Shown one piece after another: positions 1 to 11,337 of a stretch of 64,000 nucleotides of DNA (the first letter of the stretch is position 1; every line of letters starts with the position of its first letter). This DNA comes from Ministeria vibrans ATCC 50519. Its lineage: Eukaryota; Protista; Filasterea. Position numbers and translations under genes: made by a program. The stretch lies in the NCBI GenBank assembly GCA_943704425.1, contig CALSCP010002399.1, positions 1-64,000 on the forward strand, read 5' to 3'. The notes under the pieces are model-generated. The model searched no databases. It was not told where the DNA came from and saw nothing but the letters and a program-made list of their open reading frames with translations.

Positions 1-431
1 AAAAAAAAAAAAGCAAGTGAGAAATGGAAAGAGGAAAGAGAAGAAATAGGAGAGAGAAACACGACATCGTACCCGCCACAGTCCCACAGGTTGAGGACAA
101 GGTTGCCGAGAAAGCGGACATGGGAGTGTTCGATGTCGACTGGGCGCAGAGGAGAGGGTTAGAGGGCGGAAAGGAGAAAAAGGACGCAGGACACGCAATA
201 GGGTTGTTTGGAGGGCACCTGTGAAGGCAAGGCGCCGCGTATCCCGCGCTACGTGCGTGGCAAAGACAATGCTACGCATGGACGTCTTGCCCGAGCCGCT
301 TTTGCCTACAGAATGAGACGAAAGGAGAGCAATTGAGTGAATGAGAGAGACAGAGCAAAAGAGAGAGACAGACAGAGACAGACCGAATGTGTTCGTATGC
401 ACTTACCCATCAACAGAACCTTCTTCTTCAT
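1..431 (-). CDS. RRAGA: Rag GTPase A/B (Gtr1-like); 5' exons only, gene runs off the window start
   Basis: Spliced exons give MKKKVLLMG|[28 protein letters not shown]|[25 protein letters not shown] at 431. Not in the ORF track. Confidence 0.95.
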
Positions 432-699
432 CGTGAGAGTAAGCGCGTAAGTAATAAAAAAAATATTATTATTAATCGACTCATTCGACTGAATTTGGTC
501 ACTTATTTTGTCTTGAATCTTAATACGACTGTGATTTGTGAATGAGTTGTCTTACATCTCGTTCTGGTGAATGGCATCACCAACGCACACATCTACAGCT
601 TCTGATTTACGACCCCATATTGAATGCAAGTAATGATTGTTTCATAATTCATACAGAGAGCGAGTGAAATGCGTTGGTTGGACGAGAGTGCCCGCTCAC

Positions 700-2229
700 T
701 CAGTCTTCGAGGTTCCAGTAGTTATCCTCATAGCCACGCTGCACATGCTCCACAAGCACTTTCCGACGACTTTCGCAGTAGTGCGTCTTGTCCATCACCT
801 AATACGGAACAAAATGACTTAACCGTCACCTACTACAAACACCCACCCACTCTTTTTCTCTGATACCTTTTGCTTGAGCTCTGCAGGGTCCCCATCCATT
901 TTGTCGTTTTCGAGATAGTGCGACAGTGCCTCTGTTGCCTACAGTCACACAAAAAACAACAATCCAAACGTAAATGTCGGCGAGAGGAAATCCATTTAGC
1001 GTACGTTCTCAAGGTCCTTCTGATTGTCCTCGAAAATTATTCCCTGGTTGCTCTTCTGCAAGAAATACCCAAACACATATGTCCACTGCACAGTACAGCC
1101 AAAATGAGTCACGGGTACATACAAGCACACACTTTTTATCTTCTTTTTTGTCAGGAGAGGACTCTTTCCTCTGTCCTGTTTTTTTCTTCTTCTTTTTTTC
1201 CCTCTCTGTAACTACCTTGAGAATCTGACGGGAGGCCTTGAGTTCCGCCACTGCCTTGGTCAGAAACTGCACTTCAATCCACGACATTCCCTTTTTCTGC
1301 AGTGCCTCCATTTTCTACTCGACACGCACCATCAAGACAACTGTCACGCACATACATCCTACTCACCTGACTGGCCTTTTCCAAGAGAGTTCCTTCAAGG
1401 TGGGTGCTGTGTTCGTGGTTTGAAAATCGATTGTAGTAGTGGAGGTATCGCTTGAGTGCATGGCGCGACTGGTCCTGCGACGCACGCGCATCTTGGGTCT
1501 CTAACACGGAGAAAGAGAGGATGTGTGTAAAAGGGAGTGGACGAATATAATATAATAATTATTATTATTATAAATATATGGGTAAGGAGAGAGAGAAAGA
1601 AACACGGTGATAGAAACAAAGTGATACAGAGATAATAGTGATAAAAGAGACATTCCCTTTTAGCCACTGACGATTACCTTTCTCGTCAAACCGATTGCAC
1701 GAGTACCATGATGAGCCATGGGGTCCCCACTCGCCCAAACACACCCAGCAGAAGTCATACCGACAGGACAAATTCCTACCCAAACGATTCCATTAGCACA
1801 CCCACAGATAATAATAATTACAACAATCATCACTGCAACGGGCCATCTCGTACTTGCACGTCATGTGATTGCATCCACCGTTCTTCTCAATGACCGACCG
1901 GCACTTGGGGCACTCTTTGGTGTTCGCCTGAATCCAATTGCACGTCTCACTATCATCTGCGCACTTCTTCTGCCATCTACCCGCACAAAACACAAGTTAT
2001 TAGCATGTCAATCAAACTCACACACAAACCAACCACTCTTATAATAACAATGCAGTGTACCACATCACACGCTTTTTTTGTTTTACCGAGTGACCGTGGC
2101 ACAGAGAACGGGTACGTGATCCTTTTGGCCGCAGCCAAAGCAAAAGGCCTGACCGCACTTGCACGTCACTGTCTTGGGTTCTACCAAACTCACTCGCACT
2201 GCATTCTCACACCCCGGTGCAGGACACCA
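700..2229 (-). CDS. ARIH1: Ariadne-type RBR E3 ligase: IBR, RING2 and Ariadne domain only; acidic N-terminus and RING1 absent
   Basis: Exons [83 protein letters not shown], ending YWNLED* (TGA 702-700). Confidence 0.92.
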
Positions 2230-2264
2230 CTAAAAATAAAAAATAAGTGTAAAAACGCAACAAA

Positions 2265-2283
2265 ACACACACACACACACACT

Positions 2284-2379
<96 letters not shown>

Positions 2380-2407
2380 TGAGAGAGAGAGAGAGGAGAG
2401 AGAGAGA
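2265..2407. repeat. Compound (CA)n(GA)n microsatellite
   Basis: Directly visible. Lies between the I-BAR exons and the Ariadne exons. Confidence 0.99.
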
Positions 2408-2494
2408 CAGTGAAAGAGTAACAAAGCAAAGTGAAAGAGAGAGACAGAGAGAACGAAAAACACAGCTGCGCTCCAACAACGCATGTCGGCGTAC

Positions 2495-2939
2495 CCCCAC
2501 ACACTTGCAAAGGCTCGCGTAGAACTCTTCGCCGAGCGTCGACGCCGTCTTGAGCGCCACCTAAGACACACACCGCAAAGTGTGAGTGCGACGCCCCACC
2601 CGCCGGAGTGCAGGCCGTACCGCGAACTTGGAGCAGCTTTTGAGCATGGCATCCCACTCGCCCGCCCCTATGCCGCCGTGAGTGGGTCAGCAGAGCGCAA
2701 TACAAATCATTTTTGGGGGGTTTTTTGGTTTTTGGCTTTTTCTCACCTGATTTTGCATTCTCCAATGTCTCGCGAAAGACCTTTTCAATCTTCTCAGAGT
2801 CTACCAGGGTTGCAATGCAAGCGTGAAGAGCAAGACGCCAACGAGTGATAAGCGAGAATAAGCGGTTTTTGATGGGTTTTGGTGTACCGTCGATCAGATG
2901 CTGCATGAGGCGCGCAGCGTCTCCATCGTGCACGTCCAT
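2495..2939 (-). CDS. N-terminal exons (about 73 aa) of an IMD/I-BAR, MTSS1/MIM-like protein; truncated
   Basis: Four exons give MDVHDGDAARLMQHLIDDSEKIEKVFRETLENAKSGAGEWDAMLKSCSKFAVALKTASTLGEEFYASLCKCVG. The F, K, W, K, L-K/R-T, F, K spacing matches the first IMD helix of MTSS1 (LFQTIISDMKGSYPVWEDFINKAGKLQSQLRTT..FLDAFQK) without gaps. Confidence 0.65.
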
Positions 2940-3070
2940 GGTGGGATTGTCTGTCCTGCTCAACACAAAGAAGTCCAAATCGCAAAATAAAAATAAAATC
3001 TGATCAGTGATCAGAAGAGAGAAGGAAGAGTGTAGACTTGATTTTTGTATTCTATTTATGACAAGCGGTT

Positions 3071-3609
3071 TTATATTTTCTCTTTCTGGATCGGAAGAAA
3101 CAACTACAAAAAAACAAAGATGAATACTCTTAAGAGGGCAAAGTACCACTCTAACCTTAAACTCTGTTGGCAGTTCCTCTTCTGCGTAAAGACGATCGGA
3201 GAAGTACACCCGCCTGAGAGATACACCAACACACATGCACACACACACACACACACGCACACACCCAAGCGATTGAATGTTAGCTGGCGATCAGCATGAT
3301 CCACTACTGCCTACCTGAGTCGACAGTTTGCGTGAATCTGCACTCTCAGCGTCTCAAGGTAGTTGGTGCCGTATGCACGACGAGTAAAGTCGCTTAGGTT
3401 GAACTGGATCTGGTTCCAGCCCTCGTCCAGACGCATTGGCATGGTGCAAATGAACGGCTTCACTTTAGTTCTCGACTGCACTCACCCCCGTATCAGCACA
3501 CACATAAACACACATAGTCACTTGTGTTGTGTATGTTTTGGTTTGGGTCATACCTGATAGTTGGAGGCACGGAACCGTCGTTTGACGTTCTTGTCGTCAA
3601 GAACCTGTC

Positions 3610-3650
<41 letters not shown>

Positions 3651-4497
3651 ACAACACAACAACAAAAACAACAAAAAAGATCAAAATATTAAACATCAAC
3701 AAAACACATCCGTCTGCAGTTGTACATACCGTCACTTCAAAGGTAAAGTACTTCTTCAAGTTCTTGACAATCATGACCAGAAAGGGCAGTTTGATCCCCA
3801 ACGTCTTGCGCGATTCAGTCCTGGCCGGCGCTTCAATGAACGTGGTGCTACGCAATACGCGCGATCAGTCGTTTCCCGAGTCACTTGTCTGCTTTCTTAC
3901 GACACATTGGTGCCCATAATTTCCAATACCAGCGACTGTATGTCTTCGTCAGTAATGCGTTTAATGTGTCCATTACGAACCTGCCACACGAGAAAGAGAA
4001 GAAGAAAGAGAAAGAGAGAGAGAGAGAGGAGACAAAAGTGAGAGAGTGAAAGTGAACACTGTTTCCCCCATAGCGACCAGTAGAGCTGCTTGCTCGCCTA
4101 CGCATTTGCACTCGCGTGATACAACGCAACAATGAAGCTCCCGTCGCAGACTGATCGTGCAAATTAGACGGGATCGATGCTGTTGCTACCTTGGCAACGC
4201 AGTCCAGGCGGACGACAACCCCCACTCCCCTCCCGCTCTCCCTCTCTCCCTCTCTCTCTCTCTCTCTTTCTCTCTGCACACCCGCCGTGGCAGCTGCGTC
4301 GCCATCACGTTTGCCAATGACAAATGCTGGGAAACCGGACTTGGCTTGGCCATCAAAGAGCCCAGAGAGAACAAACGAAGCGGCGACCATAGCAACTAAA
4401 CCACAACGCGTACGTTCTTCTCCCAAATTTGCAAGGGTTTGCTTCCAATACTGTAAAGAATGCTCAGAAAGCCTGACTGGAATGTGTTCTTGAACAT
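3071..4497 (-). CDS. CFAP20: Cilia- and flagella-associated protein 20 (BUG22), 7 exons
   Basis: [95 protein letters not shown]. Confidence 0.98.
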
Positions 4498-4597
4498 GGT
4501 GCGCGAACAAAAGAAAGTGAGAAAGATCAAAGAAAATAACTTGTGAAACTTCGTTTGCTTTCTTTGATTATTTCTTAAACTTGTCTTGCATGTGCTC

Positions 4598-5042
4598 ATG
4601 ATACTGTTATTATTATGGTCTGCGGCGACAGTTGCGGTACTTGCTGTTGCCGGCGCGTCGGCAGTTGCTAAAGCAATCGGTAAGGACACTTCATTCGACC
4701 CCTTCTCTCATCAACTTGTGTATCTCAGGCTTACCGGCCTCCGTGCTCCACGATGCAGTCGCATGGGGCAAACTCAAGTCAAAGACGACTCAGTCATCAC
4801 TGACGAGACTTCTAAATGTCCCCAAGCGGTGGTTTTTGCACTTTTACGTGCTGGGCGCTGCCTTCGCCGTCGTCCTCCTCGCTCTCCTCGTCTTTGTGCG
4901 CTGCCATCGACATCGCTCAAGGTACACGCCTGCCATACACATGCACATCTGACTCTTTGACCTCTCTCTCTCTATTTGTTCTTTCTTTCTTCCTCCCTCC
5001 TCTCTCTCTCTCTCTCTCTATTTGTTCTTTCTTTCTTCCTTC

Positions 5043-5134
<92 letters not shown>

Positions 5135-5954
5135 CCTTTCTCTCTCTCTCACTTTGGCAGTTTCACAGCCTGGCTCTCCAATCCCGCAGTGTACTCCCAC
5201 ACGAGCATGGACGCCACCAGTGGCATACTCTGTCTCGTGCTCATGGCCATCCAGTGTCTGAGACGGTCCTACGAGTGCCTCTATGTACATCGTTTCTCGC
5301 CGACTGGTCAGCTCACAATTTTCTCATGCGCTGCATTGCATTAACAACTCTTATTCACAGCGCAAATGCACATTTTGCACTACGCCGTGGGTCTTCTCTT
5401 CTACCCCATGGTGTGTCTGACAATTTTGTCCGAGGCCCACATGTGGCAAGACAGGTACCAACGGAACATTGAGATGCTCACGTTAACATTGACTGGCTGT
5501 CGCTCAGAGAGTGCGTCTACAGTGTCCAAGCAATCGGTCGCTACGATCTCCTCGTTCTTGCGCTGTTTGCATACGCCTCACTGGTCCAGGGTCGCTGCCA
5601 CGCCTACCTTGCATCGCTGCGACCCACTCCGTCTGCCAGCCACGACTACCCGCTGCCCACGCATCCTTACTTCAATCTTGTCACTTGTCCTCACTACACC
5701 TGTAAGGAAGAGTCAAAAAAAAACAAAAAGGTTTCTTAATTATGTATTTATTATTAATGTTCTGTCGGCTAGGCGAAGTGGCGATGTACGCCAGCGTAGG
5801 GCTGCTGTGTGGGGGCACTCCCACAATGGCGGCGCTGCTTGCCTTTGTCGTCTGCAACCTGGGCATCGGCGCACACCTTACGCGTCAGTGGTACCGCCAG
5901 CGCTATGTCGACTTCCCACGCCACCGTCCTCGTCTCATCCCTTTCCTCTTCTGA
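4598..5954 (+). CDS. SRD5A3: Polyprenal/polyprenol reductase (steroid 5-alpha reductase 3 family)
   Basis: [39 protein letters not shown], THxWY-like LTRQWY, RLIPFLF*. Confidence 0.92.
5046..5117. repeat. (CT)n microsatellite in an SRD5A3 intron
   Basis: Directly visible. Confidence 0.98.
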
Positions 5955-6029
5955 CTTTTTCAACTACTTATTGTGTATTATAACGATTATCATATTATTG
6001 TTTTGTTTTTAAATTAAGTATTGTGATCT

Positions 6030-9000
6030 TCACAGTGTCGTCTCGGACATGTCGGCGAGCTCAATGCCGCTCGCGGTCTGGTGCTGGGAAAAGGAATCAT
6101 CGACGATGTCAGGCATCTTGGGAGGGCGATAAAGACGCAACAGGAGCGACGAGCAGACGACAGAGACTGACGAGAGAGCCATGGCGGCACCCGCAGCCCA
6201 CGGTGGCAGACGGTCGGGTCGCATGAGCGGGTAGAACATCCCTGCGGCCAGCGGAATCGCGACCGTGTTGTAGCCGTAGGCCCAGATAAAGTTGAGCTTG
6301 ATGCGTCGAAAGGTCTTGCGCGAAATGTCGATGGCCGTCACAAGATCACGCAAATCCGATTTGACAAGGACAATGTCGGCCGCCTCAATGGCAATGTCCG
6401 TGCCGGCGCCCACGGCAATGCCAACATCGGCGCGCGCCAGAGCAGGCGCATCGTTGACGCCGTCACCAACCATGGCGACACAATGGCCGGACTCTTGCAG
6501 CTCGCCCACCTTGTCTGACTTGTCCTTGGGCAAAACCTGTGCAAACACCTTGTCAATGCCCACCTGCGCCGCAATGGCCTGTGCCGTCCGCTCGTTATCG
6601 CCCGTGATCATGCTCACCGCAATACCCATCCGTCGCAGCATCTGCACTACCACGCGCGCCTCCGCCTTGACCGTGTCCGCCACTGCAATCCAGCCGACCA
6701 CCTGTCGCGCATCCACGTCCGCCATCAACATCACCGTTTGGCCCTGGCCCTCCAGTGCACGCATGTCCGCGTCAATTGCCTCCGCCAGTGGCGCCTCCAG
6801 CGACTCCTCCACCAACAGTCGATTTCCCAGCACAAACGTGGCCGATCGCTCGTCGGACACGCGCAGGCAACAGCGCACGCCACGGCCTGGCACCGCCGTA
6901 AAGTCATCGGCGGCCGAGCCCACAAACGCGTCGCGACCGCACACCTCCTGGGCGCGCTCGTAGATGGCACGTCCCAGCGGATGCTCACTGCCACACTCGA
7001 CAATGCCCGCCAAGCGCATGAGTTCGTGTTCGCTCGTCACACCGTCCACTACAGCGATACGCGTTACGCGCGGTCGTCCGTGTGTCAACGTGCCCGTCTT
7101 GTCAAACAGCACCGCATTGACACGATGCGCCATCTCAAGGGGCTCGCCGCCCTTGATAAGAATGCCCCGTCGTGCCCCAACACCCGTACCCACCATCACG
7201 GCGGTGGGTGTCGCAAGGCCGAGGGCGCAGGGGCACGCGATGACCAGCGTCGTCACAAAGAAGAGCAGTCCAAACAAAAAGCGATTCTCGCCCTCGGGAA
7301 TCCACTCTGGCGGCAGCACCGTGTACGCCAGAGCAAGCCACACAATGAGTGAGACGACCGCGAGCGACACAACGACAGGTACAAAGATGGAGGCAATCTT
7401 GTCGGCGAGCGCCTGAATGGGCGCTTTGCTGGCCTGTGCGTCCGCCACCAAACGCGCAATCTGCGAGAGCATGCTGTCGGCGCCCACATTGATGGCACAC
7501 ACATGAAGAAGACCGTCGCGGTTGATGGTGCCACCAATGACACGGCTGCCGGCACGCTTGGTCACCGGCATCGACTCACCCGTCACAATCGCCTCGTCCA
7601 CCGTCGACGTGCCATACACCACGATGCCGTCGGCGGGCACCTTGTCGCCCGCCACCACCTTGAGCACGTCGCCGTGCTGCACCAGCTCAATAGGCACCGT
7701 CTCCTCGGTGACCACATCGTCGCGATCGTAGACACTCGCAAACTTGGCTTCGTTGTCCACGTCGGAAACCAACAGCGCCAGTCGTCCCGCCGCCGCGTCC
7801 GTCAGCTGCAGCACCACCGCATTGGGCGCCTGCAAGTCCATCAGCTTGGTGAGCGCCTCGGAGGTCTTGCGCTTGGCAACCGACTCAAGCAGCTTGCCGA
7901 GCACCACAAAGGTGATGAGGAAGGCGGCCGTCTCAAAGTACTGCTCCGACTCGAAAGACGGATCCACCAACTTGACAATCATGGCAATGAACGAGTAGAA
8001 GTACGCAATGGACGTACCGCCGGCCACGAGCACGTCCATGTTAGCGGCGCCTCGTCGCAACGCCGCATACGCACCCGTGTAAAAGCGACGACCCACGTAG
8101 AACTGGACGGGCGTGGAGAGGATGAAGAGCACGAGAGTGAGCGCGTTGACGCCGCGGATGAGCGGCTTGTGAAGCGCGTGCTTCATCGGCTCAATCTTGC
8201 CGAGGATCATGTTGAGAATAAGAATGGGCACGGTGAGGCACATGGCAATGATAAAAAGGCGTTTCCACTCACGCACGTCGGCCGTGCCGTCGTCACCTTC
8301 CTTGTTCTTCCCCTTTGCACCTTCACCCTCGTCACCCATGTCGATATCGGCGGCATTGAGCAGATCACATTGGTGGCCTGCGCCGCGCACCGTCATGACA
8401 AGCGAGCGGACAACACCGCGTGATCGGTGCTCGTAGTTGACGGCGACCACGAGGGGCAGTGCGGCACCGCGATGCGCCACGGTGGTGCTGGGAAGGAATG
8501 GCACGGTGGGCGCTGCGTCTTCGTCGCGAAACAGAATGGGTTGCTGCACGCGCGGTAGCGAGCCCAACAGATGGTCCAGATCGTCGGCCGAGGCGCCTGT
8601 GACGCGCAAGTACGCGCGCATAGTGGCAACCGACGCGGAAAACCCCATGTTGTTGATTTGCAAGCAGATTTCTGCCTCGCTCACAATCGAGGGGTCGTGC
8701 ACCACGACGCACATATTGGTCATGAGCGACACCGACACGCTCACGACACCCGTGTGTTTGGCAAGGGAATTTTCAATGGAGGCGACACATGAGGCGCACG
8801 ACATGCCGGAGACGGAGAGCTCCGAAGTGACGACGCGACTCGAGTCAATGTCGGCGTTCGACGAGGGCACTTCCACTGGTGCAAATTTGGCACCGTGCGA
8901 TCGTGTCACAACAGGCGACGTGGGCACTACGAGCAGCGGCAAGTCACTGTCAGCAGCGACGAGGGGCTCGCCCGGGCGCACTGTGCGCCCGTTGACAGCA

Positions 9001-9479
9001 AGGAGGGTCGCGTCGAAGCCTGCGTCGTCGAGCATGTCGATAATTTTTGCGACACGCTCTGACAGTTCGCTTGAACGACCCGCCAGCATGGCGGCGTCGT
9101 GCAGCACCACGCCACATCGCTCGGCGGTCAGGTTGACGCTGAGCGACTCGACGGCGACGACAGGCTCGTCAAGCAGCACATTTTGGATGCTGCGCACACA
9201 CGACTGGCAGTGCATTCCCAGAACGGCAAACACCAGTGTCGGACGCCACTTGGACTGCGACACGTCGGCGCCGGCAACTGTCGTTTTGTCACGGTCGGCG
9301 TTGCACGGACAGCTGGCACAGCCGCAGGTGCATGTGGTCACAACGGCGGAATTGTTGTTGGCGCCGCGACGCGCAATCCGCGAACAGGCACACGGCCCGC
9401 CCGTCGTGCATTCGCACGCAACGTCCGTTGCAAGCACCTCAATGGAGGCATCCCTTGTAACTGTCTCAGGGGTGGGCAT
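6030..9479 (-). CDS. ATP7: Cu(I)-transporting P1B ATPase (ATP7/Ccc2-like), single exon, 1149 aa
   Basis: HMA motifs GMHCQSC and GMSCASC; TGES, CPC, DKTGT, SEHP, GDGVND, YN and MALSS motifs. Confidence 0.97.
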   Translation of the reverse strand: MPTPETVTRDASIEVLATDVACECTTGGPCACSRIARRGANNNSAVVTTCTCGCASCPCNADRDKTTVAGADVSQSKWRPTLVFAVLGMHCQSCVRSIQNVLLDEPVVAVESLSVNLTAERCGVVLHDAAMLAGRSSELSERVAKIIDMLDDAGFDATLLAVNGRTVRPGEPLVAADSDLPLLVVPTSPVVTRSHGAKFAPVEVPSSNADIDSSRVVTSELSVSGMSCASCVASIENSLAKHTGVVSVSVSLMTNMCVVVHDPSIVSEAEICLQINNMGFSASVATMRAYLRVTGASADDLDHLLGSLPRVQQPILFRDEDAAPTVPFLPSTTVAHRGAALPLVVAVNYEHRSRGVVRSLVMTVRGAGHQCDLLNAADIDMGDEGEGAKGKNKEGDDGTADVREWKRLFIIAMCLTVPILILNMILGKIEPMKHALHKPLIRGVNALTLVLFILSTPVQFYVGRRFYTGAYAALRRGAANMDVLVAGGTSIAYFYSFIAMIVKLVDPSFESEQYFETAAFLITFVVLGKLLESVAKRKTSEALTKLMDLQAPNAVVLQLTDAAAGRLALLVSDVDNEAKFASVYDRDDVVTEETVPIELVQHGDVLKVVAGDKVPADGIVVYGTSTVDEAIVTGESMPVTKRAGSRVIGGTINRDGLLHVCAINVGADSMLSQIARLVADAQASKAPIQALADKIASIFVPVVVSLAVVSLIVWLALAYTVLPPEWIPEGENRFLFGLLFFVTTLVIACPCALGLATPTAVMVGTGVGARRGILIKGGEPLEMAHRVNAVLFDKTGTLTHGRPRVTRIAVVDGVTSEHELMRLAGIVECGSEHPLGRAIYERAQEVCGRDAFVGSAADDFTAVPGRGVRCCLRVSDERSATFVLGNRLLVEESLEAPLAEAIDADMRALEGQGQTVMLMADVDARQVVGWIAVADTVKAEARVVVQMLRRMGIAVSMITGDNERTAQAIAAQVGIDKVFAQVLPKDKSDKVGELQESGHCVAMVGDGVNDAPALARADVGIAVGAGTDIAIEAADIVLVKSDLRDLVTAIDISRKTFRRIKLNFIWAYGYNTVAIPLAAGMFYPLMRPDRLPPWAAGAAMALSSVSVVCSSLLLRLYRPPKMPDIVDDSFSQHQTASGIELADMSETTL

Positions 9480-9551
9480 GGCAGAGGGAGAGAGAGAGAG
9501 AAATAAATGTGTGGTGAGTAGAGAGTCATATTAATAGGAGATATTCAGCAC

Positions 9552-9586
9552 GAAGACGTCGATGACGTCGAAGACGTCGAAGACGT
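9552..9586. repeat. Four tandem 9-bp units GA(A/T)GACGTC upstream of ATP7
   Basis: gaagacgtc gatgacgtc gaagacgtc gaagacgt. Confidence 0.9.
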
Positions 9587-10047
9587 TAAACTTCACTCAC
9601 TTGTCTCAGAGTGCAAACTCAGACACTTGATCACTCACTTCACACTTGTGACTTGAGTGAGTCACTTCTAACTTTTGAGTGCTATCAGTGCATTGGGACG
9701 TTGCCATAAATGCAACCCACACTGGCCGCTCACTCTTCCAACTGAGTTGAAAGCTAAACAAATTTTCTATTCCACCTGGACCAGTCCGAGCCACCCCTGT
9801 ATCTAAATTATCTTATTTATCTAGCTAGCAAGCCTATCATCATTCATCAGTGAGTGTGACTCTTATTCATCACTAGCATGGTGACACCGTGACAGACTGA
9901 CAGTATTGTTAATTTTTTTCATTCATTTATAAGACATGATAGATATAAGGATAACACATTGATGAACATTTTACAATATTCTCTCTTTCTCTCTGTCTCT
10001 CTCTTTCTCCCTCGTTCGGTATCCCTCTGTTTCCCTCTCTGCCACAC

Positions 10048-11108
10048 ATGAAGAGTTGGTTCGACAGCTATGTGTTCAACTACTCATGGGATCTGATGAC
10101 CCGCGCCAGCTGGCGAAAGTATCCCAACCCCATGAGCCCCCAGGTCATCAGCGTCGACTTACTACACTGCGAGGTACTGCCTGCCCGACCTGCTCCCTCG
10201 CCATATCGCTTGCGTCTCTCTCATTCTCGCCAGTCACGTTTGACATCAACCCACCGCCACTCCGCTCCTTCTCTCTCCCGCGCCCGCCTCTCTCTCTCGC
10301 CACTGCGCACTCTTCGGATTCTTTACCCTATCTCTACTTATCACCCCTCATGCGCTCGCACCAGGCCATTATCACCGCAGAATCGCATTTCTCACTCGGA
10401 AATCGTCTCGGCCAAAAAAAAAAAAAAACCTCTCACAACTTATTAATATTCTTTTCGTCACTCTCACACGCTCAGGTTGACGAGGAATCGGGCGTCTTGC
10501 GCACCGGCCGACTCATTGCTGTCTCTGGCGGTATGCCTGCGTGGATCAAATTCATCATTGGTATCAGCAAACTCTCACGCATAGACAAGTAGTCCCTCTC
10601 ACTCATCAGTGTTGTTGTTCTCCTTGTCGCACAGGCGCCCAAAACACAACAGTCCACGTCTACGAAGAATGCGAGGTCTCTCTCAAGCAACACCCCACTG
10701 CAAGTAGACTCCCTCCGCTCACCCTCTCGCAACTCTGTCTTTAGGTTGATCCAGACACACAAACCATGCGAATGCACACGAAAACAGTCTCGTGGCTTCA
10801 TCTCATGTCGTGCGAGGAGCGTCTCACCTATGTCGGCGAAAAGAACGGCAAGACCCGTCTTCACCAAGAGGCACACGTCGAGGTACTTACACAAAGCAAC
10901 GGCATTGTACACAGCCCACATACGCACTATCAAATTCTCACTCGTTTTTCTCCCTTAGGCCGGGGGCTTCCTAGACGCAGTGCGCGGCGAAGTCGAAAAA
11001 TGGATGCTCAACCGCTTTCAGACCAACGCCAAGCGTGGGCGAATGGGCATCAGCGAAGTTGCCCACCGCATCCTCGGCGAACACGCTCCTAAAGACGCCC
11101 ATACCTAA
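10048..11108 (+). CDS. PRELI/Ups-family mitochondrial lipid-transfer protein (PRELID3/Ups2-like), 5 exons
   Basis: YVFNYSWD..ASWRKYPNPMSPQVISVDLL, GVLRTGRLI..MPAW, EERLTY, RFQTNAKRGR, stop at 11106-11108. Confidence 0.9.
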
Positions 11109-11288
11109 CCGTATAAAATATACAACTTTTCTCATAGTGAATGTACAATAATAATTATATCCCAAAACTTGTTTCAGAATCAAAAAAGGCAGTACTGTAT
11201 AAAAAGAAAGTGTGAGAAGAAACAAAGACAACGGTTTGGAATATAGCACGCGCACGCGTATATATAAATTATTATAATGACGTGTGTT

Positions 11289-11298
11289 NNNNNNNNNN
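11289..11298. other. Assembly gap (10 N)
   Basis: Run of N. Confidence 1.
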
Positions 11299-11337
11299 CG
11301 TGGGGCAATGGGCGACGTGATAGAAGCGGGGGGGGGA

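Noticed and set aside
2190-3260. 356-aa ORF in the track
   Set aside because: It reads through a CFAP20 exon, the spacer, I-BAR exons, introns and microsatellite; it is not one gene.
4102-4165. atttgcac/gtgcaaat inverted repeat in CFAP20 intron 1 as a snoRNA or hairpin
   Set aside because: The stem is only 8 bp and there are no convincing H/ACA or C/D boxes on the transcribed strand.
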